64,000 nucleotides of DNA from an uncultured Clostridium sp. Its GTDB lineage: Bacteria; Bacillota; Clostridia; TANB77; CAG-508. Of this stretch, positions 39,244 to 49,355 are shown one piece after another; the stretch's first letter is position 1; every line of letters begins with the position of its first letter. The notes beneath the pieces are model-generated. The model was given only the letters and a program-made list of their open reading frames with translations. It did not search any database and was not told the DNA's origin. The position numbers and the translations under genes are program-made. Location of the stretch: contig CAMMEP010000001.1 in assembly GCA_946495905.1 (NCBI GenBank), positions 9,089 to 73,088 of the forward strand, given 5' to 3'.

Positions 39244-39507
39244 TCAATTATTTACGTTAAAATTGTTTTGCAAGGCTTTTATGGTATAGTCCAGCATTTG
39301 CTGAGCATCTTTACCTTTGGGATATTTCCAGTCGATATCACAAAGGAATCGCATATTTCCTTCGACGGGTGCAATTTTTTCTACCGAAAATCCGCCTTTT
39401 TCTAACTTTGAAATTTCACTGGTCCAAAGTTTGAGTGGCGCAGATGTTTCTCCAGCCTCGGCATAAATTTCTAACCGCTCTGTAATTGATAGTTTTTCCT
39501 GTGGCAT
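39244..39507 (-). CDS. hypothetical protein (87 aa from MPQEKLSITERL; the listed ORF's longer N-terminus is unlikely)
   Basis: RBS AAAGGAGGAAATTTTTATG precedes the ATG at 39507. Confidence 0.45.
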   Translation of the reverse strand: MPQEKLSITERLEIYAEAGETSAPLKLWTSEISKLEKGGFSVEKIAPVEGNMRFLCDIDWKYPKGKDAQQMLDYTIKALQNNFNVNN

Positions 39508-39729
39508 AAAAATTTCCTCCTTTAATAAAAATCGGATTACTAGGTTACTAAAAAATGTTAAACACATTCATGAGAACTATTATATCACTAATTTTACATA
39601 AAGTAAAGCGTATGAACTTATTAACCATTGTAATTATGGTTGCACAACTGGAAGGAAACTCAGAATGCTTGAGGCTGAATATTCAGATGTATCTGGATGG
39701 TCTCATGATAAATGGTAGCCAAGGATTAG

Positions 39730-39889
39730 TAAGATTAATTCTAGTTTCTTTTTTTATACAAATTCTTGTTTTTTATAATTCAATATAGTATTATATAGTA
39801 TAATAATAATGTCAAAATCAAATAAACATTTTCAAGGATTTCTATTGAAAAGTAGAAAATAATAATTATTAAAAAGGGGAAATTTATTT
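39730..39889 (+). repeat. direct repeat, copy 1 of the ~155-bp uvrA leader/promoter region
   Basis: About 80% identical to 40628-40778. Shared motifs: ATTAATTCTAGT-TCTTTTTTT, CTTGTTTTTTAT, ATATAGTATAAT, and the leader up to the start codon. Confidence 0.6.
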
Positions 39890-40597
39890 ATGAAAAAATC
39901 AGTAGTATTCTTTATTGTAATTGTGTTTATTATTTTATTTGGTATCTTATTTTTTTATATTTATCAATCTAATGCCAGATATTCAAGTGAAGATATTTAT
40001 AATTTAGTTCAAAAAGGTGTAGAAAATATGCAAGATATGCAAAATGTTTGTATTGAAAGAAAAAATCAATCGGCAGTTGTTAAATACTATTATAAAGGAA
40101 ATAAGGTGAAAAATTTAATTGAGGAAAATACCCTTGATAGCTCATTAAGTTATAGCATTATAGATTTAGACGAAGGAAAACAGTATATGGTTTCTGATAA
40201 AGAAAAATATATAGCTGTTGGAAAGGCAACTAGTATTGATAAGGGATTACAATATCTGGTTTTCAACTCAATTAATCCTAAAGGTGATAATATAAAAGTA
40301 GAGCTTTCGTATATTAAAGATGAAAAAATTGAAGGAAAAGATTGTATTTTTGTGAAGGAAGTAACTTATTATAAAACAGATGATGGTAGTTTTCAAACTG
40401 ATAGCGAATTAAGCGAAGAAATTAGCGCATACTGGATAGAAAAATCAACAGGTTTTGTTTTAGGTTATACTACTATTGAACCAACACAGACTGACGCAAC
40501 TCCAAAAGTTTGGATAAAGAATATAACATTTAACGAGGTAGTAGATAGTGATTTTGATTTACCCACCAATTATACAATATATGATAATACAAAATAA
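39890..40597 (+). CDS. hypothetical secreted/membrane-anchored protein (N-terminal signal anchor)
   Basis: N-terminus KKSVVFFIVIVFIILFGILFFYIY. Placed behind a duplicated copy of the uvrA leader. Confidence 0.55.
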   Translation: MKKSVVFFIVIVFIILFGILFFYIYQSNARYSSEDIYNLVQKGVENMQDMQNVCIERKNQSAVVKYYYKGNKVKNLIEENTLDSSLSYSIIDLDEGKQYMVSDKEKYIAVGKATSIDKGLQYLVFNSINPKGDNIKVELSYIKDEKIEGKDCIFVKEVTYYKTDDGSFQTDSELSEEISAYWIEKSTGFVLGYTTIEPTQTDATPKVWIKNITFNEVVDSDFDLPTNYTIYDNTK

Positions 40598-40627
40598 ATT
40601 ATAGACGCATATATTGCAGTTCTGACA

Positions 40628-40778
40628 CTAGAATTAATTCTAGTGTCTTTTTTTCTAATGCAAACTCTTGTTTTTTATGGGTTAATATAGTATAATAGTA
40701 ATGCTAAAAATCCAATAAATATTTCAAAAGATTTTTATTGGAAAATAAAAAGAATTATTACTAATAGGGGGACAGAAT
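40628..40778 (+). repeat. direct repeat, copy 2 (native uvrA leader) including the terminator hairpin ACACTAGAATTAATTCTAGTGT plus T-tract for the inserted gene and the uvrA promoter
   Basis: Seen directly. Confidence 0.6.
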
Positions 40779-43610
40779 ATGAATGATAAAATAGTAATAA
40801 AAGGAGCAAAAGAACATAATCTTAAAAATATAAATATAGAAATACCTAGAGATAAATTAGTAGTTATAACTGGATTGTCTGGTTCAGGTAAATCATCACT
40901 TGCATTTGATACACTATATGCAGAAGGGCAAAGAAGATATGTGGAAAGTTTATCTGCTTATGCGAGACAATTCTTAGGATTAATGGAAAAGCCAGATGTA
41001 GAATCTATTGATGGACTTTCTCCTGCAATATCCATTGATCAAAAAACAACTTCTAAAAATCCACGTTCAACAGTAGGAACTGTTACAGAAATTTATGATT
41101 ATATTCGTCTTCTATATGCCAGAATTGGTGTACCATATTGTCCTAAATGTGGTAAAAAAATAGAAAAACAAACCATAGACCAAATTATAGATAACATATT
41201 AGAGTTAGAGGAAGGAACAAGAATTCAAGTACTAGCACCTGTTGTAAGAGGTAGAAAAGGCGAGTTTGTAAAACAATTAGAGGAATTCCAAAAAGAGGGA
41301 TTTGTAAGGGCTAGAGTTGATGGCGAAATGATAGAATTATCTGATGACTTGCAGATTGATAGAAAAAAGAAACATAACATAGAATTAATTGTAGATAGAT
41401 TAGTTATAAAAGAAGATATAAGAAGTAGATTAACTGAATCTGTTGAAACTGCTCTAAAGCATGCAAATAATATAGTTATCATAGAAGATGTTACTCACAA
41501 AAAAGAGATGTTATTTAGTCAAAATTATGCATGTCCAGACTGTGGAATTAGTTTTGAAGAATTAACACCAAGAATGTTTTCATTTAATAATCCTTTTGGT
41601 GCATGTCCAAGTTGTACAGGTATTGGTTATTTAATGAAAATGGATGAAGACTTAATTATACCAGATAAAAATAAAACACTATATGATGGAGTAAAGGCAT
41701 TTGGTTCAAGTGTAATGAAACGTGGCGATACCATGGCTAAGATGTATTTTGAAAGTATTGCTAAACATTATGGAGTAGAGATTAAAGGAGTACCAATTAA
41801 AAAATTACCACGTGATTTCTTAGAAAAAATCTTATATGGTACTGGAGATGAAGAAATTTATTTTGAATATACTTCAGCAGCAGGAACAAGAAAGTTCACA
41901 GCTCCTTTTGAAGGAGTAATTCCAACACTTGAAAGACGTCATAATGAAACTAAATCACAAGGAATGCGTACTTTCTATGAAATGTATATGAGTGAAGCAC
42001 CATGTCCTGAATGTCATGGAGCAAGGCTAAAAAAAGAAAGTTTATCTGTTAAAGTAGGAGATAAAAATATTAATGAACTTACAGATATGTCCATTAACAA
42101 GATAAAAGACTACTTAAATTCTTTAGAATTAAATGCAAAAGATAGAATGATTGCAGACCAAATTTTTAAGGAACTTAATAAAAGATTACAATTCTTAATT
42201 GATGTTGGACTAGAATATTTAACATTATCAAGAAGTGCAGGAACTTTATCGGGTGGAGAGGCGCAACGTATTCGTTTAGCAACACAAATAGGTTCTGGAC
42301 TTACAGGTGTATTATATATATTGGATGAGCCAAGTATTGGTTTACATCAAAGAGATAATGACAAACTTCTAGCAACATTGAAGCATTTAAGAGACTTAGG
42401 AAACACAGTTTTAGTAGTAGAGCATGATGAGGATACCATGTATGCAGCAGATCAAATTATTGATATTGGTCCTGGTGCTGGTGTACATGGAGGAAATGTA
42501 ATGGCACAAGGTACAGCAGAAGAAGTAAAATTAGTACCGGATTCTGTTACAGGTCAATACTTAAGTGGTAGAAAGCAAATTTTAGTTCCGAAAAAAAGAA
42601 GAAAATCTAATGGGAAATCCATTGAAGTAAAAGGTGCAACAGAACATAATTTAAAAAACATTAATGTAAAGTTTCCTCTTGGACAATTTATTTGTGTAAC
42701 AGGAGTTTCTGGTTCAGGTAAAAGTACTTTAGTAAATGAAATATTATATAAAACAATTGCAAGGGATTTAAATGGTTCTAATGAAAAACCTGGAAAATGC
42801 AAAGAAGTAAAAGGACTAGAAAATATTGATAAAATTATTAATATTGACCAATCTCCAATTGGAAGAACACCACGCTCAAACCCAGCAACATATACAGGCG
42901 TTTTTGATATGATACGTGATTTATTTGCTGGTACAAACGAAGCAAAAATGAGAGGCTATGATAAAGGTAGATTTAGCTTTAATGTTACAGGTGGAAGATG
43001 TGAAGCTTGTAATGGAGATGGTATTTTAAAAATAGAAATGCATTTCTTGCCAGATATTTATGTGCCATGTGAAGTATGTAAAGGAAAAAGATATAATAAA
43101 GAAACATTAGAAGTTAAATATAAAGGAAAAACAATATCAGATGTACTTGATATGACGGTAGAAGAAGCATTAGAATTCTTTAAAAACCTACCAAGAATTA
43201 AAAACAAAATTCAAACTTTATATGATGTAGGATTAGGATACATTAAACTAGGACAACCATCTACAACTCTTTCAGGAGGAGAGGCACAACGTATAAAACT
43301 TGCAACAGAACTTTCTAAAAAAGCGACTGGAAAGACATTGTATATCTTAGATGAGCCAACTACCGGACTTCATATAGCTGATGTACATAGACTAGTAGAT
43401 ATTTTACAAAGACTAGTAGACACAGGAAATAGTATTATAGTAATTGAGCATAATCTAGACTTAATAAAAACAGCGGATTATATAATAGATTTAGGACCGG
43501 AAGGTGGAGATGGCGGCGGAGAAATTATCGCAGTTGGTTCACCAGAACAAATTGTAAAAAATGACAGAAGTTATACCGGTAAGTTTTTGAAAAAATATTT
43601 AGAAAGATAG
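40779..43610 (+). CDS. uvrA: excinuclease ABC subunit A
   Basis: 943 aa. Two ABC modules with [12 protein letters not shown] and [11 protein letters not shown] Walker A motifs and zinc-finger CxxC pairs. Confidence 0.95.
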   Translation: MNDKIVIKGAKEHNLKNINIEIPRDKLVVITGLSGSGKSSLAFDTLYAEGQRRYVESLSAYARQFLGLMEKPDVESIDGLSPAISIDQKTTSKNPRSTVGTVTEIYDYIRLLYARIGVPYCPKCGKKIEKQTIDQIIDNILELEEGTRIQVLAPVVRGRKGEFVKQLEEFQKEGFVRARVDGEMIELSDDLQIDRKKKHNIELIVDRLVIKEDIRSRLTESVETALKHANNIVIIEDVTHKKEMLFSQNYACPDCGISFEELTPRMFSFNNPFGACPSCTGIGYLMKMDEDLIIPDKNKTLYDGVKAFGSSVMKRGDTMAKMYFESIAKHYGVEIKGVPIKKLPRDFLEKILYGTGDEEIYFEYTSAAGTRKFTAPFEGVIPTLERRHNETKSQGMRTFYEMYMSEAPCPECHGARLKKESLSVKVGDKNINELTDMSINKIKDYLNSLELNAKDRMIADQIFKELNKRLQFLIDVGLEYLTLSRSAGTLSGGEAQRIRLATQIGSGLTGVLYILDEPSIGLHQRDNDKLLATLKHLRDLGNTVLVVEHDEDTMYAADQIIDIGPGAGVHGGNVMAQGTAEEVKLVPDSVTGQYLSGRKQILVPKKRRKSNGKSIEVKGATEHNLKNINVKFPLGQFICVTGVSGSGKSTLVNEILYKTIARDLNGSNEKPGKCKEVKGLENIDKIINIDQSPIGRTPRSNPATYTGVFDMIRDLFAGTNEAKMRGYDKGRFSFNVTGGRCEACNGDGILKIEMHFLPDIYVPCEVCKGKRYNKETLEVKYKGKTISDVLDMTVEEALEFFKNLPRIKNKIQTLYDVGLGYIKLGQPSTTLSGGEAQRIKLATELSKKATGKTLYILDEPTTGLHIADVHRLVDILQRLVDTGNSIIVIEHNLDLIKTADYIIDLGPEGGDGGGEIIAVGSPEQIVKNDRSYTGKFLKKYLER

Positions 43611-43669
43611 TTTAATTTGTATATATATAATAATGGTGCTCTAAAATAGGGCACCATTATAAGTTGTAA

Positions 43670-44782
43670 CTACAATAAAAACCTTTGACTCTTAGCCAAA
43701 TTATAATTCCGGAAATTTGGATTATCGGTAACTTCTTTTACCACTTTAATAAAAGTAGGTATTCTAACAGTAGAATTCTCACTTGTGAGCTCTATTTCAA
43801 GAAGAGCTAAATCATCAGAAAAGTCGAACATATCGATTTCGAAGTATTGCTTATCATATACGAAACATACTCGTTTTTTGGTAATAGGAGAAGTAGAAGA
43901 ATCTACTTCGGATAAATACCGTAAATACTCCTTTTCTGAAATTTTCTTCTCGACTTCCACTCTTTTCAGAGAATTAACTTCTCTTTTCTCAGTTAGATAG
44001 TAAGAAAAATTACCATCTTGGCCACGTTGACGAATTCTACGTTCAACACCGTTTGAAGCTTTGAGGTACATCTGGACAATATCTACCACTGTTATAGTGG
44101 TATACTTAGAAAGAATTTTCAAACTTGGCATTTGAATCAAGTATTTCCGTTCAATCTCTAAAGGAACAGGTTCTCCAAGGAAAGAATAAATTTCATTCAT
44201 CAACCTGTCCATTTTACGTTGGAAATCTGTACTATTATCGATTACTCTCAAGTGACAATGACCAGTCCAATTGGATATGCCACGTCGGTCTAAATTAATT
44301 GCTTCCTCGGGAGTTTCGGTACGAGCATTATTATTTGCCAATGTATAATATTGTTCAGCACCATCAGCAGCAGTTACTAAATGAAAAACAGCATCATACC
44401 GGTCTCGAGCTTCTACTTCATTTGTAGAAAAATGAGATAAAATTTCTTCAAACTGTTTTTGCGAAACATAACTCTTGTTATCGATGATACCACGATCATG
44501 TACAATAACAATTTTTTCGGCTGGTAGCATATTGTATGCTACATTGCGATACAGTTTTTCTTTTTGTAACTGTTTTTCAAATACTACGTATTGAAATTGC
44601 AAAATATCCAAAGAGTTACCAAAAGGCCGAATTCCTGTGGAAATTAACTCAGTAGCAGTTTCTGGGACAATCATAACATAATATCCCCGGTTGCTAAGTT
44701 CCTGTTCAATGGTAGACAATCCCGTAGTCTTACCTGAACAAGGTCCACCTGTAAGTACAATTGTTTTTACTTGTTTGTACAT
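43670..44782 (-). CDS. fusion protein: N-terminal P-loop nucleoside/nucleotide kinase-like domain plus C-terminal CYTH (triphosphate tunnel metalloenzyme) domain
   Basis: Walker A LTGGPCSGKTT at the N-terminus. The C-terminal domain begins with the CYTH signature EIERKYLI. Confidence 0.65.
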   Translation of the reverse strand: MYKQVKTIVLTGGPCSGKTTGLSTIEQELSNRGYYVMIVPETATELISTGIRPFGNSLDILQFQYVVFEKQLQKEKLYRNVAYNMLPAEKIVIVHDRGIIDNKSYVSQKQFEEILSHFSTNEVEARDRYDAVFHLVTAADGAEQYYTLANNNARTETPEEAINLDRRGISNWTGHCHLRVIDNSTDFQRKMDRLMNEIYSFLGEPVPLEIERKYLIQMPSLKILSKYTTITVVDIVQMYLKASNGVERRIRQRGQDGNFSYYLTEKREVNSLKRVEVEKKISEKEYLRYLSEVDSSTSPITKKRVCFVYDKQYFEIDMFDFSDDLALLEIELTSENSTVRIPTFIKVVKEVTDNPNFRNYNLAKSQRFLL

Positions 44783-44924
44783 AAAAAACCTCCTAAATTA
44801 TTAGTGAGAGTTAATAAGTTACTATGTAAATATCATATAACGAAATAGTGCAAAAGTCAACAAATACAGGTAATACATATAAAAGACAAGAGCTCAATAC
44901 ATAAAGTATTGAACTCTTAAATAA

Positions 44925-45008
44925 TTAGTTATTTGTGTTATTGTTAGTTTTTTCTGAATTTTTATTGTTATTTCCTTTTTTATTATTCTTCTTATTATTT
45001 TCTGACAT
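44925..45008 (-). CDS. small ORF encoding a 27-aa Asn/Lys-rich peptide (MSENNKKNNKKGNNNKNSEKTNNNTNN)
   Basis: Strong RBS GGAGGTG 7 nt upstream of the ATG. A hairpin plus T-tract follows on the minus strand. It lies upstream of the P-loop-CYTH gene. Confidence 0.35.
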   Translation of the reverse strand: MSENNKKNNKKGNNNKNSEKTNNNTNN

Positions 45009-45154
45009 ATTGAAAGCACCTCCAATCTTATTAAAAGTATGTACCAAAATTTTAAATTTTATTCAAAATATAGTTACAATTTAGAGCTTAATGTTGTATT
45101 TTTTTTCGTTTATGATATAATTTTAAAAAATAAAATAATCAAGAGGAGAATATT

Positions 45155-45839
45155 ATGAATAATATAGTGATAGGAATAGAAGGATTGGTAGGTACAGGAA
45201 AAACATCTATTTGTAGAAAATTATTAGAGTATATACCCAATAGTATTATATTACATGGTGGAAATTTATATCGAGGAATTGTATATGCATTAATGCAATC
45301 CTCTGAGAATATAAATTTGGATAATTTAAAACAAAATTTAAAAAATATTAATATAAAAAACGTAATGGATAAACTAAAAGTGGAGTTAAAAATAGAAGAT
45401 AGAGAAAGCGTAATTTATGTGGACGGAAAAAAGATAGAGGAAGAAAATTTACAATCACAAGAAGCATCTATTGCTGTTTCGCTAGCAAGTGGAAGCGCAG
45501 ATAATTCTCATTTCTATAAATTTGGAGAAGAACTTATTAATATGTTTAAAGAAAATTTTAATCTTATTGTGTCTGGTAGAGATTTAATGAAAATATATCC
45601 TAGTCTAGATTATCATTTCTTTGTAACAGCAAGTTTAGAGGAAAGAATTAAGAGAAAAATGAATCAATATGCTGATTCCAATTATGAAGAAGTAAAACAA
45701 AATATTATGAAAAGAGATGAACTTCAAGAGAAAGCGCGGATACTACAGAAGATATCCTAACACAATTGAATTAGATGTAACCGATTGCCATTCAGTAGAA
45801 GAATCTACTTTAAAGTTATTAAAGTTTATTGAAATGTAA
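45155..45839 (+). pseudogene. cytidylate-kinase-like (Cmk family) P-loop kinase with an apparent +1 frameshift near 45750-45760
   Basis: N-terminus IGIEGLVGTGKTS...GNLYRGIVYALMQS resembles Cmk. The ORF stops at 45760, but the Cmk-like C-terminus TIELDVTDCHSVEESTLKLLKFIEM continues in another frame to 45839. Confidence 0.5.
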
Positions 45840-45950
45840 ATTTTTTAAGAGAAAAAATTAATGAAACAGGGCAACATTTGTTTCATTACTTAAAATTCTT
45901 GTGGATTTTGAAAGACTAATAAAAACGTAATAGGAGGTTAATGTTTCAAA

Positions 45951-47348
45951 ATGGAAAATTTGAAATTAAAAGCATTTGAAAATAACGTAAAAGGAAAAAG
46001 AATAGCCATAGTTGGACTTGGAGTAAGCAATATTCCACTAATTGATTATTTATATAATTTAATGGCTAAAGTAACAGTTTTTGACGAGAGAGAGGAAGAA
46101 AAGCTAGATAAAGAAGTAGTACAAAAAATTAGAGAATATAGGTTTGAACTAGTTACTGGAAAAAATGCATTACATTTTTTAAGAGGATTTAATATTATCT
46201 TTAGATCTCCAAGTTGTCTACCTACTACCTTACAATTAAAATCTGAACAAAAGAGGGGAGCTATTGTTACTTCTGAAATAGAAATGTTAATGAATACCTG
46301 TCCTTGTAAAATAATAGGCGTTACAGGAAGTGATGGTAAAACAACAACAACGACACTGATTTATGAAATATTAAAAAAAGCAGGATATCATTGCCATTTA
46401 GGTGGAAATTTAGGAATACCATTATTTACAAAAGTAAAAGATTTTAAAGAGGATGATATTGTAATATTAGAACTTAGTAGTTTTCAACTAATGGATATGG
46501 AGGTTAGTCCGGATATTTCTGTTATTACCAATATTTCTCCTAATCACTTGGATAAACACAAAGATTATGAAGAATATATTAATGCGAAGAAAAATATATT
46601 TACATTTCAAGATAAAACGGGAAAAGTAGTATTAAATTATGATAATGACATAACAAGAGAATGTAGTAAGGAGGCAGAAGGAAAAGTAGTATTTTTCAGT
46701 AGCAAAACCAAACTACAAGATGGAGTTATTTATGATGATGGCTATATTAAAAAATGCGAAGATGGTATAAGAGAGCATATCCTACAGACAAAAGACATCC
46801 ATTTGAGAGGAGTACATAATTATGAAAATATATGTGCTGCTATTGCTGCAACTTCTGATTTAGTAGATACACAAACACAAGTAGCAGCAATAAAAGAATT
46901 TAAAGGAGTAGAACATCGACTAGAATTTGTAAGAGAATTAGATGGTGTTAAATGGTATAATGATTCTATTGGAACGAGCCCTTCTAGAACAATTGCTGGT
47001 CTAAACTCTTTTGATGAAAAGATTGTTTTAATAGCTGGTGGATATGATAAGAATCTGGACTACCAACCATTGGCTAGGCCAATATTAGAAAAGGTTTCTA
47101 AACTTATTTTAATGGGAAAAACAGCTAAAAAAATATCAGATGCTGTGATGGAAGAAAGTAAAGCAGAAATGGGAGTTATCCCTATGCATAAATGTTATAA
47201 CTTAGAGCAAGCAGTTCAAAGAGCAAGAAGAATTGCTGTGCCTGGAGAGATAGTTCTATTTTCTCCTGCTAGTGCTAGTTTCGACATGTTTAAAAACTTT
47301 GCAGAAAGAGGAGAAAAATTTAAGGAATGCGTTATGAATTTGAAATAA
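45951..47348 (+). CDS. murD: UDP-N-acetylmuramoyl-L-alanine--D-glutamate ligase
   Basis: GVTGSDGKTTTTTLIYEIL P-loop. Mur ligase central and C-terminal domains. 465 aa. Confidence 0.9.
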   Translation: MENLKLKAFENNVKGKRIAIVGLGVSNIPLIDYLYNLMAKVTVFDEREEEKLDKEVVQKIREYRFELVTGKNALHFLRGFNIIFRSPSCLPTTLQLKSEQKRGAIVTSEIEMLMNTCPCKIIGVTGSDGKTTTTTLIYEILKKAGYHCHLGGNLGIPLFTKVKDFKEDDIVILELSSFQLMDMEVSPDISVITNISPNHLDKHKDYEEYINAKKNIFTFQDKTGKVVLNYDNDITRECSKEAEGKVVFFSSKTKLQDGVIYDDGYIKKCEDGIREHILQTKDIHLRGVHNYENICAAIAATSDLVDTQTQVAAIKEFKGVEHRLEFVRELDGVKWYNDSIGTSPSRTIAGLNSFDEKIVLIAGGYDKNLDYQPLARPILEKVSKLILMGKTAKKISDAVMEESKAEMGVIPMHKCYNLEQAVQRARRIAVPGEIVLFSPASASFDMFKNFAERGEKFKECVMNLK

Positions 47349-47519
47349 ATTATTTTTGTTTATGAAATTTCGTAAAAACTATATTTAAAGCCCAGCTATG
47401 ACTGTCATAACCTAAAAAATATACTGATTGTAACAAAATTTTGAATAATACCATATTATATATAAAGTTTTAAGGAGTATTTTTATCAAAATGCTTTTAA
47501 AAGAAAGGAATGAAATAAT

Positions 47520-48218
47520 ATGTATTATCAAAATTATGAAGATTATATGAGAAGTATATTGGGGTATCCAATTAGGCAGAATGAATACATAAATACGTTT
47601 GAAAATTGTAATATGAATGATACTATGCTTATGGATTATCCAGAGCAAACACCTAGATATAGTGATGAAATTATGGACTTATATCCAGAAATATACAAAA
47701 TAATTAATCCAATGGTTTGTAAAATTTGTGAGGCTAATACAAAACCAATTGATAGAGAACTTATTGAAAAAATGACAGATGAAATATATTTGAATATTGA
47801 AAGTGATCCATCTCTTGTAGAAAGCGATATTGTGAATGTAAGAGTGAACCTACCAAAGGAAAATGCAAAAGAGACAAATGCAAATTCATTAAAATCTACT
47901 CATACTTTGCCAACTTCCAATAGAATTCGCGACAATAGAAGTGAGAAAAAAGAAAACAGAGAAGAAAAGAAGGAAAGTACTCGTATTGAAAATAACGAGA
48001 ATAGACAGAGAAGTAGAAATAATACCTTACGAGATTTAATACGAATTCTTATATTAAATCGATTATTAGGTCGTGATATTCGTCCTCCTAGACCTCGTCC
48101 ACCACGTCCAGGAAGACCACCTTTTCCAGGAATGCCAGGACCAAATCCAAGACCACCAATGCGACCAAGGGATGTATATGCTAGTAATCCATATTTAACA
48201 AATGGAAATAATATATAA
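47520..48218 (+). CDS. hypothetical protein with Arg/Pro-rich low-complexity C-terminal tail
   Basis: The C-terminus RPPRPRPPRPGRPPFPGMPGPNPRPPMRPR is preceded by a charged Arg/Glu/Asn-rich region. Confidence 0.5.
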   Translation: MYYQNYEDYMRSILGYPIRQNEYINTFENCNMNDTMLMDYPEQTPRYSDEIMDLYPEIYKIINPMVCKICEANTKPIDRELIEKMTDEIYLNIESDPSLVESDIVNVRVNLPKENAKETNANSLKSTHTLPTSNRIRDNRSEKKENREEKKESTRIENNENRQRSRNNTLRDLIRILILNRLLGRDIRPPRPRPPRPGRPPFPGMPGPNPRPPMRPRDVYASNPYLTNGNNI

Positions 48219-48430
48219 TAGTAATAGTCAAAAATAGAGAATGTTTCTATTTATAAAATTTAAAAATTGGAAAAAAATTCTAAGATATGTAATTAAAAAT
48301 TGCATATCTTTATTTTTTTTGCAAATAATAAGAATATATTTGAAAATTTATTTTTGCTTAACTATTACATTAGAAAAGCATTTCAAATATGTAATTTTTA
48401 AATTGGAGAAAAATTTTGTAGGAGGTTTGT

Positions 48431-48868
48431 ATGAAAGTTAAAGATTGTATGTGCAAAGAAGTGGTTTTTGTAAAACCAGATTGTGATACTGAGGAATGTG
48501 CAAGACTTATGTGTGAAAATCATATAGGATGTATTCCAGTATGCGATGATTCTAAAAAAGTAGTTGGTTTAGTAACTGATAGAGATATTTTGTTACGAAC
48601 TGTAGGTTGCGGAAAAGATATAAAAAATACTCCAGTTAGTGACATTATGACTTGTAATGTCGCTTGGTGTAGTCCAGAGACAGATGTATGTGACGCAGAA
48701 AAAGTAATGGGAAATAATCAAATAAGAAGAATTCCTGTAATGGAAAACAATAAAGTAGTTGGAATGCTTACTCTAGGAGATTTAGCTAAAAATAAAAATG
48801 TTGAAAATAATGGAGTATATGCAACACTAGAAGATATTTGCGGTTGCGATAAAAAGAATGCTGAATAA
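48431..48868 (+). CDS. CBS domain pair protein
   Basis: Two CBS motifs (GCIPVCDDSKKVVGLVTDRDIL and IRRIPVMENNKVVGMLTLGDL). Confidence 0.8.
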   Translation: MKVKDCMCKEVVFVKPDCDTEECARLMCENHIGCIPVCDDSKKVVGLVTDRDILLRTVGCGKDIKNTPVSDIMTCNVAWCSPETDVCDAEKVMGNNQIRRIPVMENNKVVGMLTLGDLAKNKNVENNGVYATLEDICGCDKKNAE

Positions 48869-48928
48869 ACTTGCGATTTTGTAGTTATTTTTAAATTTAC
48901 AGTTTAAAGTATAATATATTACCAGATT

Positions 48929-49221
48929 GTAGTGCTTTCTAAAAAAGTGTTATATATCACAGTCGCCTTTTGTCAGAGCAATGTATATTTTAAGTTTATG
49001 TTTCCAGCCCCCAACTGCATAACAGTCTGTAGTAAAAATTACATTGGTTTTCGCTTATATTCTACCTTGAAGAAAAAACAAGTTTTTTCTTCAAGAGTAA
49101 TTTTTCCACAGACTGTAACTTGTCGGTCCCCACCTTAAGCACTCCATCATAAACTTAAAATATACATTGCTCTGACATTTTTGAACAAGCTATGATTCGT
49201 AACACTTTTAGAAAGCACTAC
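48929..49221. repeat. structured palindromic repeat, family 2, copy B (nested inverted repeats; the core carries an extra internal hairpin insert)
   Basis: Outer inverted repeat GTAGTGCTTTCTAAAAAAGTGTTA / TAACACTTTTAGAAAGCACTAC. Inner inverted repeat CAGAGCAATGTATATTTTAAGTTTATG / CATAAACTTAAAATATACATTGCTCTG. Core shared with copies A and C. Confidence 0.7.
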
Positions 49222-49355
49222 GTACTGGTATATTAAATAAAATTTAATGTATGCAAACCTAAGCAATAACAAGTATTTCAATTTTTCAATGCATAAAAAA
49301 CCCTTTTATGCATACAATAATGAAAAGGACAAGTTCAAAAAGGTGATTATTACAT

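Noticed and set aside
39730-40778. Direct repeats near uvrA considered as a possible CRISPR array
   Set aside because: There are only two copies, each ~155 bp, about 80% identical and separated by a full gene. They have no short regular spacing and no cas genes. They are duplicated promoter/leader regions.
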